Positions 29,610 to 40,467 of a stretch of DNA of 52,050 bases are shown piece after piece. Position 1 is the stretch's first letter. Each line of letters opens with the position of its first letter. The stretch is taken from positions 49,734-101,783 of the forward strand of contig CAZBCF010000001.1 in NCBI GenBank assembly GCA_964490435.1, in the 5' to 3' direction. Under the pieces are notes generated by a model, which had not been told where the DNA came from, made no database searches, and saw nothing but the letters and a program-made list of their open reading frames with translations. A program made the position numbers and the translations under genes. This DNA is from an uncultured Bifidobacterium sp. (GTDB lineage Bacteria > Actinomycetota > Actinomycetes > Nanopelagicales > Nanopelagicaceae).

Positions 29610-29761
29610 TCAGAATCTTGAAAGGTTCGGCAAGTGCAATAGAGATTGCGGCTATTGAACTAGCGCTCGCTTCACGGGCTATCGAACGCGGAACAGAGAG
29701 CGATTACGGTAAGCCGATTTTGCGCACACCACTTGAAGTCGATGAGAGCACTTCGCCATGA
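29606..29761 (+). CDS. Acyl-CoA carboxylase epsilon subunit (AccE/PccE-like), 51 aa
   Basis: GTG overlaps the pccB stop and TGA overlaps the maf ATG; [21 protein letters not shown] resembles the epsilon IRVVKGNPT.EE.AAL motif. Confidence 0.7.
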   Translation: MIRILKGSASAIEIAAIELALASRAIERGTESDYGKPILRTPLEVDESTSP

Positions 29762-30360
29762 AGGTGATTCTGGCTTCAGCGTCGGCTGCGCGAACAAAAC
29801 TTCTCTCTGAGGCGCAGATTGCACATCAGGTCGAGGTTAGTGGCGTCGATGAAGAGCTCACTGAATTTACAGATTTGGCACCTCATGAGATGGCTTTGGC
29901 ATTGGCGCATGCGAAGGCAGAACGAATCGCTTCTAAACATCGAGGCGAGACTGCATTGATAATTGGGGCCGACTCAACGCTGGAATTCGCTGGCCGCGCT
30001 ATGGCTAAGCCCGAAAGTCCTGAGCGCGCTGTCACATGGTGGCAGCGATATCGTGGAAATTCCGGTTTATTGCATACGGGACAATCAGTATTCGACGCAC
30101 GCACGATGGATTCGCGAAGCAGTCTTTCGACCACCGAGATAACTTTTGCTGAGATCTCCGACGAGGAGATTTACTCGTACGTAAATACTAAGGAGCCGCT
30201 CTATCTGGCAGGTGGTGCATCACTCGATGGTATTGGCTCGCCATACATTGCTCGTATCTCTGGTGATGCAACTGGAGTACTTGGTTTGAGCATGAATCAC
30301 CTACGGATCATGTGCGAGGATCTCGGACATCCGTGGCATACTTTGCGGGCCATTGCATGA
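29758..30360 (+). CDS. maf: Maf family nucleoside triphosphate pyrophosphatase
   Basis: VILASAS..R, SGVDE, AKA, GADS, KP, V.GL. Confidence 0.9.
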   Translation: MKVILASASAARTKLLSEAQIAHQVEVSGVDEELTEFTDLAPHEMALALAHAKAERIASKHRGETALIIGADSTLEFAGRAMAKPESPERAVTWWQRYRGNSGLLHTGQSVFDARTMDSRSSLSTTEITFAEISDEEIYSYVNTKEPLYLAGGASLDGIGSPYIARISGDATGVLGLSMNHLRIMCEDLGHPWHTLRAIA

Positions 30361-32075
30361 CCTCGAAGATAAAGCGGGTACTTATCGCCAACCGTGGCGA
30401 AATTGCCATTCGAATAGCGCGGGCGGCACGAGATCATGGCATCTCTCCTATCGCTATCTATTCAACAGGTGATCGAAATTCGCAACACGTACTTGCTTGC
30501 GACGAGGCATACTCGCTCGAAGGCACGACTGCGACCGAAAGTTATCTCGATATCACCAAGATCATCGCTCTTGCTAAAAAGGCGAATGCCGACGCGATTC
30601 ATCCAGGCTATGGCTTCCTCTCCGAGAATGCGAAATTCGCGAGTGCGGTGATTGACGCTGGGCTGATCTGGATCGGTCCACCACCTGCTGCAATCGCCGC
30701 GCTCGGCGACAAAGTCTCGGCACGTAAGATTGCCGCGAAGGTTGGCGCTCCACTCGTTGCAGGTACTGCAGACCCCGTGAGCAATGCCGACGAGGTAGTT
30801 GCCTTCGCGAAAGAATTTGGGTTACCAGTTGCCATCAAAGCAGCGCATGGCGGTGGTGGTCGAGGTTTGAAAGTCGCACGAACTCTCGAAGAGATTCCTG
30901 AATTATTCGATTCGGCAGTGCGCGAAGCGGTCGCGGCCTTTGGTCGCGGTGAATGCTTTGTGGAACGTTTTCTCGACCGACCCCGCCACGTCGAAACGCA
31001 AGTCCTTGCCGATTCCTACGGAAATGTCGTTGTTGTCTCCACTCGGGATTGCTCATTGCAGCGACGCCACCAAAAGCTGGTCGAAGAGGCTCCTGCGCCA
31101 TTTCTCACCCAGGAGCAACGTGAACAGTTGTATTCCTCAAGTAAGGCCATCATTAAAGCGGCAGGCTACGTTGGCGCTGGCACATGTGAGTTTCTCGTTG
31201 GCGTTGATGGCACCATCTCTTTCCTCGAGGTGAACACCCGACTACAAGTTGAACATCCCGTCAGCGAAGAGGTCACTGGGATAGATCTGGTACGTGAGCA
31301 ATTTCGCATCGCATCTGGTGAGCAGATCACCTATGGTGACCCAGAGATTCGAGGCCACTCCATCGAATTTCGGATTAACGGAGAAGACCCTGGTCGTAAC
31401 TTCTTGCCTACCCCTGGAGTGATCAATGTCTGGAAGGTGCCAACCGGTCCTGGGGTAAGGCTCGATGCTGGATTCACCACCGGTGATGTCATTAGCGGCA
31501 ACTTCGACTCTTTACTTGCAAAACTCATCGTCACCGGAGCAACGCGTGCCCAGGCGCTGCAACGTGCGCGACGTGCATTGGATGAGTTCGTTGTCGAAGG
31601 AATCGCAACCGCTCTTCCGTTCCATCGTGCGGTAGTGCGCGACAGCGCATTTACCTCAGAACCCTTTGCAGTTTTCACTGGTTGGATTGAAAGTGAATTT
31701 GCAAATGAGATTCCGGCTTATGGTGGCAACGGCAGCGCAACAGTTGAACCAATTGTGGAACGCTTCGTTGTCGAGGTTGAAGGTCACCGACTCGAAGTGG
31801 GCGTGTTAGCCAGCCAACCAAAACGACGTCGGTCGAACTCTGCGCGCGCATTCAAAAATCATGGCGATGCGTTAAGTAGTCCGATGCAAGGCACCGTAGT
31901 GAAACTTGCCGTGCAAAATGGCGACCGTGTCGAAGAAGGCGATTTGATTGCTGTACTTGAAGCAATGAAAATGGAACAGCCGCTACTTGCTCACAAGGAT
32001 GGAACTATCAGTGGATTGAGTCTTGCTGTCGGAGCGAACATCTCAAGTGGCGCCACGATTTGCGAGATTAGCTGA
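30357..32075 (+). CDS. accA3: Biotin carboxylase-BCCP alpha subunit of acyl-CoA carboxylase
   Basis: [44 protein letters not shown], biotinylation site EAMKM. Confidence 0.93.
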   Translation: MTSKIKRVLIANRGEIAIRIARAARDHGISPIAIYSTGDRNSQHVLACDEAYSLEGTTATESYLDITKIIALAKKANADAIHPGYGFLSENAKFASAVIDAGLIWIGPPPAAIAALGDKVSARKIAAKVGAPLVAGTADPVSNADEVVAFAKEFGLPVAIKAAHGGGGRGLKVARTLEEIPELFDSAVREAVAAFGRGECFVERFLDRPRHVETQVLADSYGNVVVVSTRDCSLQRRHQKLVEEAPAPFLTQEQREQLYSSSKAIIKAAGYVGAGTCEFLVGVDGTISFLEVNTRLQVEHPVSEEVTGIDLVREQFRIASGEQITYGDPEIRGHSIEFRINGEDPGRNFLPTPGVINVWKVPTGPGVRLDAGFTTGDVISGNFDSLLAKLIVTGATRAQALQRARRALDEFVVEGIATALPFHRAVVRDSAFTSEPFAVFTGWIESEFANEIPAYGGNGSATVEPIVERFVVEVEGHRLEVGVLASQPKRRRSNSARAFKNHGDALSSPMQGTVVKLAVQNGDRVEEGDLIAVLEAMKMEQPLLAHKDGTISGLSLAVGANISSGATICEIS

Positions 32076-33623
32076 TTACCAGCTCTCTGGGGCGCGATAA
32101 CTCCCCCATGCGGTTCGTAACGCATTGCAAATCTCGCCCACCGTTGCATGTGCAAGCAACGCCTCTTTGATGGGAGGCATCAAGTTAGAGCTTCCTTCTG
32201 CAGCGACCACAATCTTGCTAAGTGCTTGTTCGACTGAACTGTTATCGCGACGTTTGCGCAACTCTGCAAGTCGATCGCGCTGCTCGCGCGCAACGCTTTC
32301 ATCAACTCGAAGTGGCTTGTATGGTTCGGGTGACGAGGTGAATTCATTAACGCCGACCACGATTCGACTCTTCGCCTCTATCTCTTGAGCGATTCGATAC
32401 GCATTCTTCTCGATTTCGCCTTTTTGGAATCCGGCTTCGACGCCGGCGACGGCACCGCCCATCGCATCTACCTTCGCGATGAGTTCTTCGATTTTCGCTA
32501 CTAATTCAACGGTTAATTCCTCGACTGCAGCCGAGCCAGCAAGAGCATCGACAGTTCGTGCAAGATCAGTTTCATAGGCGATGACTTGTTGGGTACGTAA
32601 TGCGAGTAGCGCTGCCTTTTCGGTTGGTAGTCCAAGCGCCTCATCAAAAGAATTAGTGTGGAGAGATTGGGTTCCGCCTAACACTGCAGCGACTGCCTGT
32701 AATGTGACCCGAACTAGATTCAACTCGGGCTGTGCTGCTGTCAATTGCACCCCTGCAGTTTGAGTGTGAAAGCGAAGATGCATCGCACGTTCACTAGAAA
32801 TCTGGTACCTATTTTTGATGATCTTCGCCCACACTTGACGAGCGGCTCTGAACTTCGCGATCTCCTCTAGAACTGTCGTGCGAGAGACGAAGAAGAAACT
32901 CATACGCGCTGCTACCTGCTCGATATCTTGGCCTCGCTCGCGTGCGGCATCTAGGTACGCGACTGCGTTGCTCAAGGTGAATGCGATCTCTTGCACTGGG
33001 TTGGCACCGGCTTCAGCCATGTGGTACCCAGATACTGAGATGGTGTTCCACTTTGGCAGTTCTTTCGAGCAATACTCGAAGATGTCACAGATCAATCGCA
33101 TCGATGGTTTTGGTGGGAAAATGTAGGTTCCACGCGAGATGTACTCCTTAAGAATGTCATTCTGGATGGTCCCGCTTATCGCACTGTTCGCAACGCCTTG
33201 TTCATTCGCCACAATCTGATACATGAGGAGCAAGATTGCCGCAGGTGCGTTGATGGTCATCGAGGTAGAGACTTTGTCGAGTGGAATCCCGTTAAACAAG
33301 GCACGCATATCATCTAGTGAATCGATAGCAACTCCTACCCGGCCGACCTCACCCAGTGATTGTGGGGCATCAGAGTCAAAGCCCATCTGAGTTGGTAGAT
33401 CGAATGCCACGGATAAACCACCAGTGCCAGCGCTGACAAGTTGGTGATAGCGCTCGTTCGATTCTTTCGCTGAGCCGAATCCCGCATACTGGCGCATCGT
33501 CCATGGTTTACGAAGGTACATCTCTTCGTATATCCCGCGCGTGAAAGGAAATTCGCCCGGCCGCTCACCACTGCGCACATAATCGGGCTTGATTGGAAAG
33601 CCTGATTCAGAGTGCGCGTTCAC
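32076..33623 (-). CDS. Methylmalonyl-CoA mutase large (substrate-binding) subunit lacking B12 domain
   Basis: FPFTRG, WTMRQYAGF, SVAFDLPTQ.G.DSD, SMTINA, QNDILKEYISR, SGYHMAEAGA, HTNSFDEAL. Confidence 0.92.
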   Translation of the reverse strand: MNAHSESGFPIKPDYVRSGERPGEFPFTRGIYEEMYLRKPWTMRQYAGFGSAKESNERYHQLVSAGTGGLSVAFDLPTQMGFDSDAPQSLGEVGRVGVAIDSLDDMRALFNGIPLDKVSTSMTINAPAAILLLMYQIVANEQGVANSAISGTIQNDILKEYISRGTYIFPPKPSMRLICDIFEYCSKELPKWNTISVSGYHMAEAGANPVQEIAFTLSNAVAYLDAARERGQDIEQVAARMSFFFVSRTTVLEEIAKFRAARQVWAKIIKNRYQISSERAMHLRFHTQTAGVQLTAAQPELNLVRVTLQAVAAVLGGTQSLHTNSFDEALGLPTEKAALLALRTQQVIAYETDLARTVDALAGSAAVEELTVELVAKIEELIAKVDAMGGAVAGVEAGFQKGEIEKNAYRIAQEIEAKSRIVVGVNEFTSSPEPYKPLRVDESVAREQRDRLAELRKRRDNSSVEQALSKIVVAAEGSSNLMPPIKEALLAHATVGEICNALRTAWGSYRAPESW

Positions 33624-33692
33624 CTGTGAATCTTATCTCTCTCGGAGTGGCACGAGGAAAAAATCTATAATTACTCAATACCCTCTCTCCTC

Positions 33693-34634
33693 ATGAGACG
33701 CACCCCGGTCAATACGCTTGCGCTGGCGCTGGTCGTAACAATATCTATGACGTCTATCACGACTGTGACGGTCGTCGGCAGCGCTGCTGAGGCAACATCG
33801 GCGATAGGCGGTGGCCGGCTCGGCGAGAAGGGTGTAATCGTCAATTCGGTGGAAGGTGATGGCATTTCGGCACCACCATCGACATCAGCGCTCTCATACG
33901 TGATCGCTGACTTTGAAACCGGCGAGGTGCTTGCCGCAAAGAATCCACATAAAAAATTGCCGCCAGCAAGCACATTAAAGACTCTCACTGCACTCACCTT
34001 GCTGCCTAGACTCAACATGAACAAGACCTACACCGCGACCTGGCGTGAGCCGAGCACTATTGGCAACAAAGTTGGTCTGTGGAAGAACCGCAAGTACAAA
34101 GTCAAAGATATTTGGTATGGCTTGATGCTCCACTCCGGAAATGACGCTGGCGTTGCACTTGCAAATATGAGTGGCGGAATCAAGAAGACTTCTAAACTGA
34201 TGCGAGCGAAAGCGCGCTCAATAAAGGCCTACGACACCATACCCAAGAGCCCGCACGGACTCGACACACCTGGTCAAGTATCGAGCGCCTACGATCTAGC
34301 CCTGATTGCTCGCGCGGCCATGAAGAATAAGACCTTTCGCAAAATCGTTGCTACAAAAACTTATATCTTCCCCAACACCGGTCCGCGAAATAAGGATCGA
34401 AAGATTAAAAATCTGAATAAGTTGATGTTCACCTACCCTGGAGTAATTGGGGTGAAAACTGGGTACACCACGAAAGGCCGGAATACTTACATCGGTATCG
34501 CAGAGCGCGATGGCAAGACTGTCATCATCACATTCATGCACCTACGTTATGGTCGGGACGAGTTAGCGAAAAAACTATTCGATTGGGGCTTCGAAGCAAT
34601 TGGAAAAGTCGAACCAGTGGGGAAACTTGTCTAA
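33693..34634 (+). CDS. D-alanyl-D-alanine carboxypeptidase (peptidase S11)
   Basis: Signal peptide; SxxK (ASTLK), SGN, HGLD, KTG motifs. Confidence 0.9.
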   Translation: MRRTPVNTLALALVVTISMTSITTVTVVGSAAEATSAIGGGRLGEKGVIVNSVEGDGISAPPSTSALSYVIADFETGEVLAAKNPHKKLPPASTLKTLTALTLLPRLNMNKTYTATWREPSTIGNKVGLWKNRKYKVKDIWYGLMLHSGNDAGVALANMSGGIKKTSKLMRAKARSIKAYDTIPKSPHGLDTPGQVSSAYDLALIARAAMKNKTFRKIVATKTYIFPNTGPRNKDRKIKNLNKLMFTYPGVIGVKTGYTTKGRNTYIGIAERDGKTVIITFMHLRYGRDELAKKLFDWGFEAIGKVEPVGKLV

Positions 34635-34641
34635 GGGCTGA

Positions 34642-35643
34642 TTAATTCCGTGGCACCAATCCAAGGGATGCATAGACACGTTCGAGTGTCTGCGTAGCAA
34701 CCGCTTCAGCCCGCTCTGCGCCAGCGCGCAGTATGTCAAGGAGTGCAACTTCGTCTTTTAGATAACCCAGCGCAGCATCTCTTATCGGCTGCAATGTTTG
34801 GATTACCACCTCGGCAACATCCTTCTTGAAATCGCCATAACCTTTGCCGGAATATTCTGCTTCGATTGCTGTGATGGTTCGACCAGTCACGGCGCTGAAA
34901 ATCGAGAGTAAGTTACTTATTCCAGGCTTAGCCTGTTCGTCGAATGTCACCTCTCGACCAGTGTCAGTAACGGCGCTCTTGATCTTCTTCATATTCGATT
35001 CTGGAGTATCGAGAAGTTCAATGACGCCGGCCATGCTCGCTGCTGATTTGCTCATCTTCGAAGTCGGTTCCTGCAAATCCATGATCTTCGCAGTGCTTTT
35101 GAGGATGTGGGCACCTGGCACAGTGAACACCGACCCGTATCGCGAATTGAACCGTTGCGCCAAGTCTCGAGTGAGTTCGATATGTTGGCGTTGATCCTCA
35201 CCGACTGGTACTAGTTCTGGTTGATAAAGCAAGATGTCAGCGGCCTGCAACATAGGGTAGGTGAATAGTCCGACCACAGTTCGATCGGCGCCACTTTTCT
35301 GGGATTTATCCTTAAATTGCGTCATTCGATTGGCTTCACCGAAGCCCGTGATGCACTCGAAAACCCAACCCAATTGATTATGTGCTGGTACATGCGATTG
35401 AATGAAAAGCGTCGACTTATTTGGGTCGATTCCGATTGCTAATAACTGCGCCGCCGATGCAAGGATTCGCTTCCGAAGCAACGCTGGATCAACATCGACC
35501 GTCAAAGCATGTAGGTCGACGATGCAATAGTAGGCATCGTGGCTCTCTTGAAGTGCTACCCATTGCTTAAGCGCACCGAGATAATTTCCCAAATGAAATG
35601 AATCATGAGTGGGCTGGATTCCAGAGAGAACTCGCTTAGCCAT
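34642..35643 (-). CDS. trpS: Tryptophan--tRNA ligase
   Basis: [33 protein letters not shown]. Confidence 0.97.
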   Translation of the reverse strand: MAKRVLSGIQPTHDSFHLGNYLGALKQWVALQESHDAYYCIVDLHALTVDVDPALLRKRILASAAQLLAIGIDPNKSTLFIQSHVPAHNQLGWVFECITGFGEANRMTQFKDKSQKSGADRTVVGLFTYPMLQAADILLYQPELVPVGEDQRQHIELTRDLAQRFNSRYGSVFTVPGAHILKSTAKIMDLQEPTSKMSKSAASMAGVIELLDTPESNMKKIKSAVTDTGREVTFDEQAKPGISNLLSIFSAVTGRTITAIEAEYSGKGYGDFKKDVAEVVIQTLQPIRDAALGYLKDEVALLDILRAGAERAEAVATQTLERVYASLGLVPRN

Positions 35644-35647
35644 CTAG

Positions 35648-36964
35648 TTACTCCCCTTGCTCCGAATCGCTATTGTGGCTCAAACGTACCCGAAGCATTG
35701 CAGGACGTTTGCCTTCGACGCTCTCAACAAGCAAATCGCAACCTGGTAAGTGAATCTGGTCGCCAACTTCTGCGATGCGTCCGAGTTTGTGGGTGACCAG
35801 GCCACCAATACTTTCGTACGGTCCGGCCGGGAACTGGTACTCAATTTCATCGCTTACTTCATCGAGATTTGTTAGGCCATCGATGTGGAATTCGCCGATG
35901 CTTGCCGCGCGAACTTCGTCGACTTCATGGTGGTCATACTCATCGCGAATCTCACCGACGAATTGCTCCACTAAATCCTCAAGAGTGATGATGCCATCAG
36001 TGCCACCATATTCATCGACCACTATCGCGATATGTGATCCATTCGCGCGCATCTTGGATAAAACAGGGAGTAATTCCCTAGTTCCAGGGATGAACTCAAT
36101 ATCGCGAACTAAGTCACCAATTCGTGTCTGTCGTTCATGCAACTGCGGATCGAGCAAGTCGCGCACGTTGACAAAACCTATGATGTCGTCAAAAGAACCT
36201 TTGACCACTGGGTAGCGTGAGTGACCAGTCTCGATGATGATCTTCACTGCTTGGCCCACAGTTAACTCGCTATCAAGAAAATCTACCTCGGTACGAGGAA
36301 CCATGATCGAATGAATCTGTCGATCGCTAGCCTCAAAGACCTCTTCTACTATCTCTTTTTCAGCATGCGTGAAAGCGTGATGGCCACTCAGTAGATCCAA
36401 TAACTCTTCTTCACTCATCTGTTCTCGAGCAGCCTTCGGATCCACACCGAATGCACGCACTAAGAGATCGGTTGAATGCGACAAGAGCCAGATGATTGGA
36501 CGGAATAACCGCGCAATCACGTCGACCGCGCCTGCGCTTGCCAAAGAAATGGGAACCGCACGCACGATTGCGATTCGCTTTGGCGTGAGTTCACCGATAA
36601 TGAGCGAGACATAGGCGATCACCAGCGTCAGCCCAATGAGCGAGATAAGTTCGGCGACGCTCTTGCGTAGTCCAAGATCCTCTAAAACAGGTGCTACATA
36701 GCGACCTAATCGCTCAGCACCGATTGCCGCTGAGAGGAAGCCAAAGACGGTGATACCCACCTGGATAGCCGCAAGAAAACGATTGGGGTTGGCGGTGAGC
36801 GCTGCGACCTTGGCCCCGCGCCGACCGGTCCCGGCCAACTGCTTCACCTGACTCTCTCGAAGTGAGATCAGGGAGATCTCGGCCGCTACCAGCAAGGCCG
36901 AGAGGCTAATCAGGGCAAGGACGATGGCGATATCGCCTAACACTTCCCCGAGCGAAGCAGACAC
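35648..36964 (-). CDS. CNNM/CBS/CorC (hemolysin-family) membrane protein
   Basis: AAEISLIS, QVGIT, GELTPK, MVPR, HSRYPV, VDEYGGTDG.ITLED..E..VGEI. Confidence 0.92.
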   Translation of the reverse strand: MSASLGEVLGDIAIVLALISLSALLVAAEISLISLRESQVKQLAGTGRRGAKVAALTANPNRFLAAIQVGITVFGFLSAAIGAERLGRYVAPVLEDLGLRKSVAELISLIGLTLVIAYVSLIIGELTPKRIAIVRAVPISLASAGAVDVIARLFRPIIWLLSHSTDLLVRAFGVDPKAAREQMSEEELLDLLSGHHAFTHAEKEIVEEVFEASDRQIHSIMVPRTEVDFLDSELTVGQAVKIIIETGHSRYPVVKGSFDDIIGFVNVRDLLDPQLHERQTRIGDLVRDIEFIPGTRELLPVLSKMRANGSHIAIVVDEYGGTDGIITLEDLVEQFVGEIRDEYDHHEVDEVRAASIGEFHIDGLTNLDEVSDEIEYQFPAGPYESIGGLVTHKLGRIAEVGDQIHLPGCDLLVESVEGKRPAMLRVRLSHNSDSEQGE

Positions 36965-37041
36965 CCTTCAAGGGTAGCGCCACCAGCGCGTTCCGGGCCT
37001 ACCGGCTTCCGCGCAGGGCTCATTTCAGGTACTTTCTCCCC

Positions 37042-37110
37042 GTCCTCACCTGAGGATGACCTATCTCCAACGGATCGTCCGGCACGTACCTGCCGGGAGA
37101 GGGAGCGAAC
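37042..37110 (+). ncRNA. msiK-type cis-regulatory RNA leader
   Basis: CGGATCGTCCGGCACGTACCTGCCGG hairpin directly before the RBS of an MsiK-like gene, as I recall the actinobacterial msiK motif; upstream TACTTT -10 and TCCTC-ACCT-GAGGA hairpin. Confidence 0.7.
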
Positions 37111-37114
37111 GCTC

Positions 37115-38203
37115 ATGGCAATTGTTGTATTCGATAAAGCAAGCCGTACCTATCCAGGTACCACCCGTCCTGCAGTAGACCAACTCGATCTCGTCGTCAA
37201 TGACGGTGAGTTCCTCGTTCTTGTTGGCCCGTCCGGATGCGGTAAGTCAACGTCGCTTCGTATGCTCGCTGGGCTCGAAGATGTTGATACCGGTTCAATT
37301 CGCATTGGCGATCGTGACGTCACACATGTGGCACCAAAAGATCGCGATATTGCGATGGTCTTCCAGTCCTATGCGCTCTACCCACACATGACTGTGGCTG
37401 AGAACATGGGCTTTGCATTGAAGATCGCCGGCGTAAGCAAAGATGAGCGCGCACGTCGCGTTCAAGAAGCGGCAAAGTTGCTCGATCTCGAGCCATACCT
37501 TGACCGTAAACCAAAGGCGCTCTCTGGTGGACAACGTCAGCGTGTTGCTATGGGCCGCGCAATCGTTCGCGAACCACAGGTCTTCCTCATGGATGAGCCG
37601 CTCTCTAACCTCGATGCGAAACTTCGCGTCGCGACTCGTACTCAGATTGCAGCGCTACAGCGCCGACTTGGTATCACCACCGTCTACGTAACCCACGATC
37701 AGGTTGAAGCTATGACCATGGGTGATCGCGTTGCGGTTCTCAAAGATGGTCTACTTCAGCAAGTTGATTCCCCTCGTAATCTCTATGACAAGCCAGCGAA
37801 TGCATTCGTGGCTGGATTCATCGGCTCCCCTGCGATGAACTTGATCACCGCTCCTGTCTCGGGTGGCCAAGCATCACTTGGAAACCTCAAGGTTGCGGTG
37901 CCAGCTTCTGCGGGCACTTCAGCAATCGTTGGCGTTCGTCCCGAGGGCTTCCGCCCAACCGGTGCCGGACAGGGCTTTGACATCAAGGTTGATGTCGTCG
38001 AAGAGCTCGGCTCTGATGCATTCGTATACGGAAAGCCAGCAGCCTCGGGTATCTCACTTGCCAATGCAAATGCTGAAGAAGGCGCACAAGTTATCGTGCG
38101 TTGGGATCCAAAGAATCCACCGAAGGCTGGCGACACCATTTCGGTCACTGCTGATCCATCCGCAGTACACGTCTTCGATGCTACAACTGGAGCTCGTCTG
38201 TAA
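37115..38203 (+). CDS. msiK: Sugar ABC transporter ATP-binding subunit (MsiK/MalK family)
   Basis: GPSGCGKS, LSGGQRQR, MDEPLSNLD, FVAGFIGSPAMN, TOBE VVEELGS; no cognate permease nearby. Confidence 0.9.
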   Translation: MAIVVFDKASRTYPGTTRPAVDQLDLVVNDGEFLVLVGPSGCGKSTSLRMLAGLEDVDTGSIRIGDRDVTHVAPKDRDIAMVFQSYALYPHMTVAENMGFALKIAGVSKDERARRVQEAAKLLDLEPYLDRKPKALSGGQRQRVAMGRAIVREPQVFLMDEPLSNLDAKLRVATRTQIAALQRRLGITTVYVTHDQVEAMTMGDRVAVLKDGLLQQVDSPRNLYDKPANAFVAGFIGSPAMNLITAPVSGGQASLGNLKVAVPASAGTSAIVGVRPEGFRPTGAGQGFDIKVDVVEELGSDAFVYGKPAASGISLANANAEEGAQVIVRWDPKNPPKAGDTISVTADPSAVHVFDATTGARL

Positions 38204-38222
38204 ATTACTTGAGAAAGTAAGT

Positions 38223-38260
38223 AAAAACCCGCTTCTGGAACGCTCCAGGGGCGGGTTTTT
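38223..38260. terminator. Bidirectional intrinsic terminator between msiK and icd
   Basis: AAAAACCCGCTTCTGGA-ACGC-TCCAGGGGCGGGTTTTT stem-loop with A and T tracts between convergent genes. Confidence 0.88.
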
Positions 38261-38271
38261 CATATTGTTTT

Positions 38272-39486
38272 TTAGGCCATGGCCTTCTTGAGGTTCTCAT
38301 CTATAGCCGCAAGAAACTCTTGGGTATTAAGCCATGGAGCATCCTTGCTGATAAGAAGTGCGAGATCTTTTGTCATCTTTCCCTCTTCGACGGTCTTAAT
38401 GCAGACCTTCTCGAGCGTCTCGGCGAACTGCGCAAGTTGCACATTGTTATCGAGTTTTGCGCGGTGGGCTAAGCCACGAGTCCACGCAAAAATCGAGGCA
38501 ATCGGATTTGTAGAGGTTGCTTTCCCGGCTTGATGATCGCGATAGTGGCGAGTGACGGTGCCGTGTGCTGCCTCAGATTCGACAGTCTTGCCATCTGGGG
38601 TCATCAACACTGATGTCATCAGGCCAAGTGAGCCATAACCTTGCGCAACGGTGTCAGATTGCACATCACCGTCGTAATTCTTGCATGCCCATACGTAGCC
38701 ACCTTCCCAACGAAGGGAGGTTGCGACCATGTCGTCAATCAACCGATGGTCATATTCGATTCCGGCTGCTTGGAATTGGGTTTTGAACTCGCTCTCGTAG
38801 ATTTCCGCAAAGATATCCTTGAAACGACCGTCGTACGCCTTCAAGATTGTGTTCTTCGTGGAGAGAAAAACCGGATATTTGCGCGCCAATCCATAGTTCA
38901 TCGATGCCCGAGCGAAATCACGGATTGAATCATCAAGGTTATACATCGTCATGGCGACGCCCGAACCAGGGAAATCAAAGACATTGAACTCCATCGGCTT
39001 CGAACCGTCTGCAGGAGTGAAAGTTACGGTCAACTTTCCAGGGCCTGGGACTTTGAAATCAGTTGCACGATATTGATCTCCGAACGCATGGCGGCCAATC
39101 ACAATCGGTTTGGTCCAATGCGGAATCAGACGTGGGACATTGCTGATGATGATTGGCTCTCGGAAGATCACGCCACCAAGGATGTTTCGAATCGTTCCAT
39201 TTGGCGACTTCCACATGCTCTTGAGATTGAACTCTTTGACGCGAGCTTCATCAGGTGTGATAGTCGCACATTTAACGCCGACACCATGCTTCTTAATTGC
39301 ATTTGCGCTATCAACAGTAACCTGATCATCAGTGGCATCACGGTGCTCGATACCAAGGTCATAGTATTCAAGATTGACATCTAAGTAGGGCACAATGAGT
39401 TGGTCTTTGATGAACTGCCAGATGATTCGTGTCATCTCGTCACCATCGAGTTCGACGACTGTGCCAGCAACTTTTATTTTCGACAT
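38272..39486 (-). CDS. icd: NADP-dependent isocitrate dehydrogenase
   Basis: [39 protein letters not shown]. Confidence 0.97.
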   Translation of the reverse strand: MSKIKVAGTVVELDGDEMTRIIWQFIKDQLIVPYLDVNLEYYDLGIEHRDATDDQVTVDSANAIKKHGVGVKCATITPDEARVKEFNLKSMWKSPNGTIRNILGGVIFREPIIISNVPRLIPHWTKPIVIGRHAFGDQYRATDFKVPGPGKLTVTFTPADGSKPMEFNVFDFPGSGVAMTMYNLDDSIRDFARASMNYGLARKYPVFLSTKNTILKAYDGRFKDIFAEIYESEFKTQFQAAGIEYDHRLIDDMVATSLRWEGGYVWACKNYDGDVQSDTVAQGYGSLGLMTSVLMTPDGKTVESEAAHGTVTRHYRDHQAGKATSTNPIASIFAWTRGLAHRAKLDNNVQLAQFAETLEKVCIKTVEEGKMTKDLALLISKDAPWLNTQEFLAAIDENLKKAMA

Positions 39487-39501
39487 GTTATTGACTCCCT
39501 A

Positions 39502-40452
39502 TTAAAGATTCTTTACGTCAGCTTGCTTTGCCCGAACTGCTTCGGCTGCCACTTTAAGTTCTGCTAGTTCGCTATCGGTGAGTTTGGTCTCTACGACTCG
39601 ACGGACGCCACTCTTACCAATTTCGGCTTCGACGCCGAGATAGACGCCAGAGATGCCATATTCGCCATTAACCCAAGCGCACACTGGCATTACCGCACCT
39701 GAATCTTCGATAACTGCCTTTGCCATACGGGCTGCGGCGGCCGATGGCGCGTAGTAAGCCGAGCCAGTCTTCAAGAGAGCTACGATCTCAGCGCCGCCAT
39801 TGCGAGTCTTCACGACCAACTCTTCGATATCTGCGGCAGAGAGCAACTCACTTAACGGCTTACCGTTAACACGGCAACGACTTGGGACCGGAACCATGGT
39901 GTCACCGTGTGACCCAAGCGTGAGCGTCTCAACATCGCTGACTTTGACGCCGAGTTTCGTTGCGACAAAATTTGTAAAACGAGCAGTGTCGAGCATTCCA
40001 GCCTGCCCCATCACGCGATGGTATGGGAATGCAGACGCGATTTGCGCGAGCGCAGTCATCTCATCAAGTGGATTCGAGACGACAATGATTACCGCGTTCG
40101 GACTATGTTTCGCCACATTCTCCGCAACGCCGCGGACGATGCCAGCGTTGACTCCAATTAAATCCATCCGACTCATGCCTGGCTTTCTTGGCAAACCAGC
40201 AGTGATGACTACGACATCAGAGTGTGCGGTCTTTTCGTACCCAGCGCCATCAGGAGTGGTCGTTGCTCCGATGAGAAGAGTTTCGAATCCTTCGATCGAT
40301 CTCGACTGATTGATATCGAGGGCAAGGCCCTCAGGTTTTCCTTCGACGATGTCAGTGAGAATCACTTCATCGAATATGTTGTACTCCGCGAGGCGAAGTG
40401 CCGTCGTTGATCCGTAAAAGCCCGCTCCGACTACCGTGACCCGTCCTGCCAT
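39502..40452 (-). CDS. mdh: Malate dehydrogenase (LDH-like type)
   Basis: GAGFYG, TAGLPRKPGMSRMDL (substrate Arg), SNPLD, LDTAR, GSHGD. Confidence 0.93.
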   Translation of the reverse strand: MAGRVTVVGAGFYGSTTALRLAEYNIFDEVILTDIVEGKPEGLALDINQSRSIEGFETLLIGATTTPDGAGYEKTAHSDVVVITAGLPRKPGMSRMDLIGVNAGIVRGVAENVAKHSPNAVIIVVSNPLDEMTALAQIASAFPYHRVMGQAGMLDTARFTNFVATKLGVKVSDVETLTLGSHGDTMVPVPSRCRVNGKPLSELLSAADIEELVVKTRNGGAEIVALLKTGSAYYAPSAAAARMAKAVIEDSGAVMPVCAWVNGEYGISGVYLGVEAEIGKSGVRRVVETKLTDSELAELKVAAEAVRAKQADVKNL

Positions 40453-40467
40453 GTGATGGCCCCAATC

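Noticed and set aside
32076-33623. Isobutyryl-CoA or 2-hydroxyisobutyryl-CoA mutase assignment
   Set aside because: Specificity positions are Tyr and Arg, as in methylmalonyl-CoA mutase
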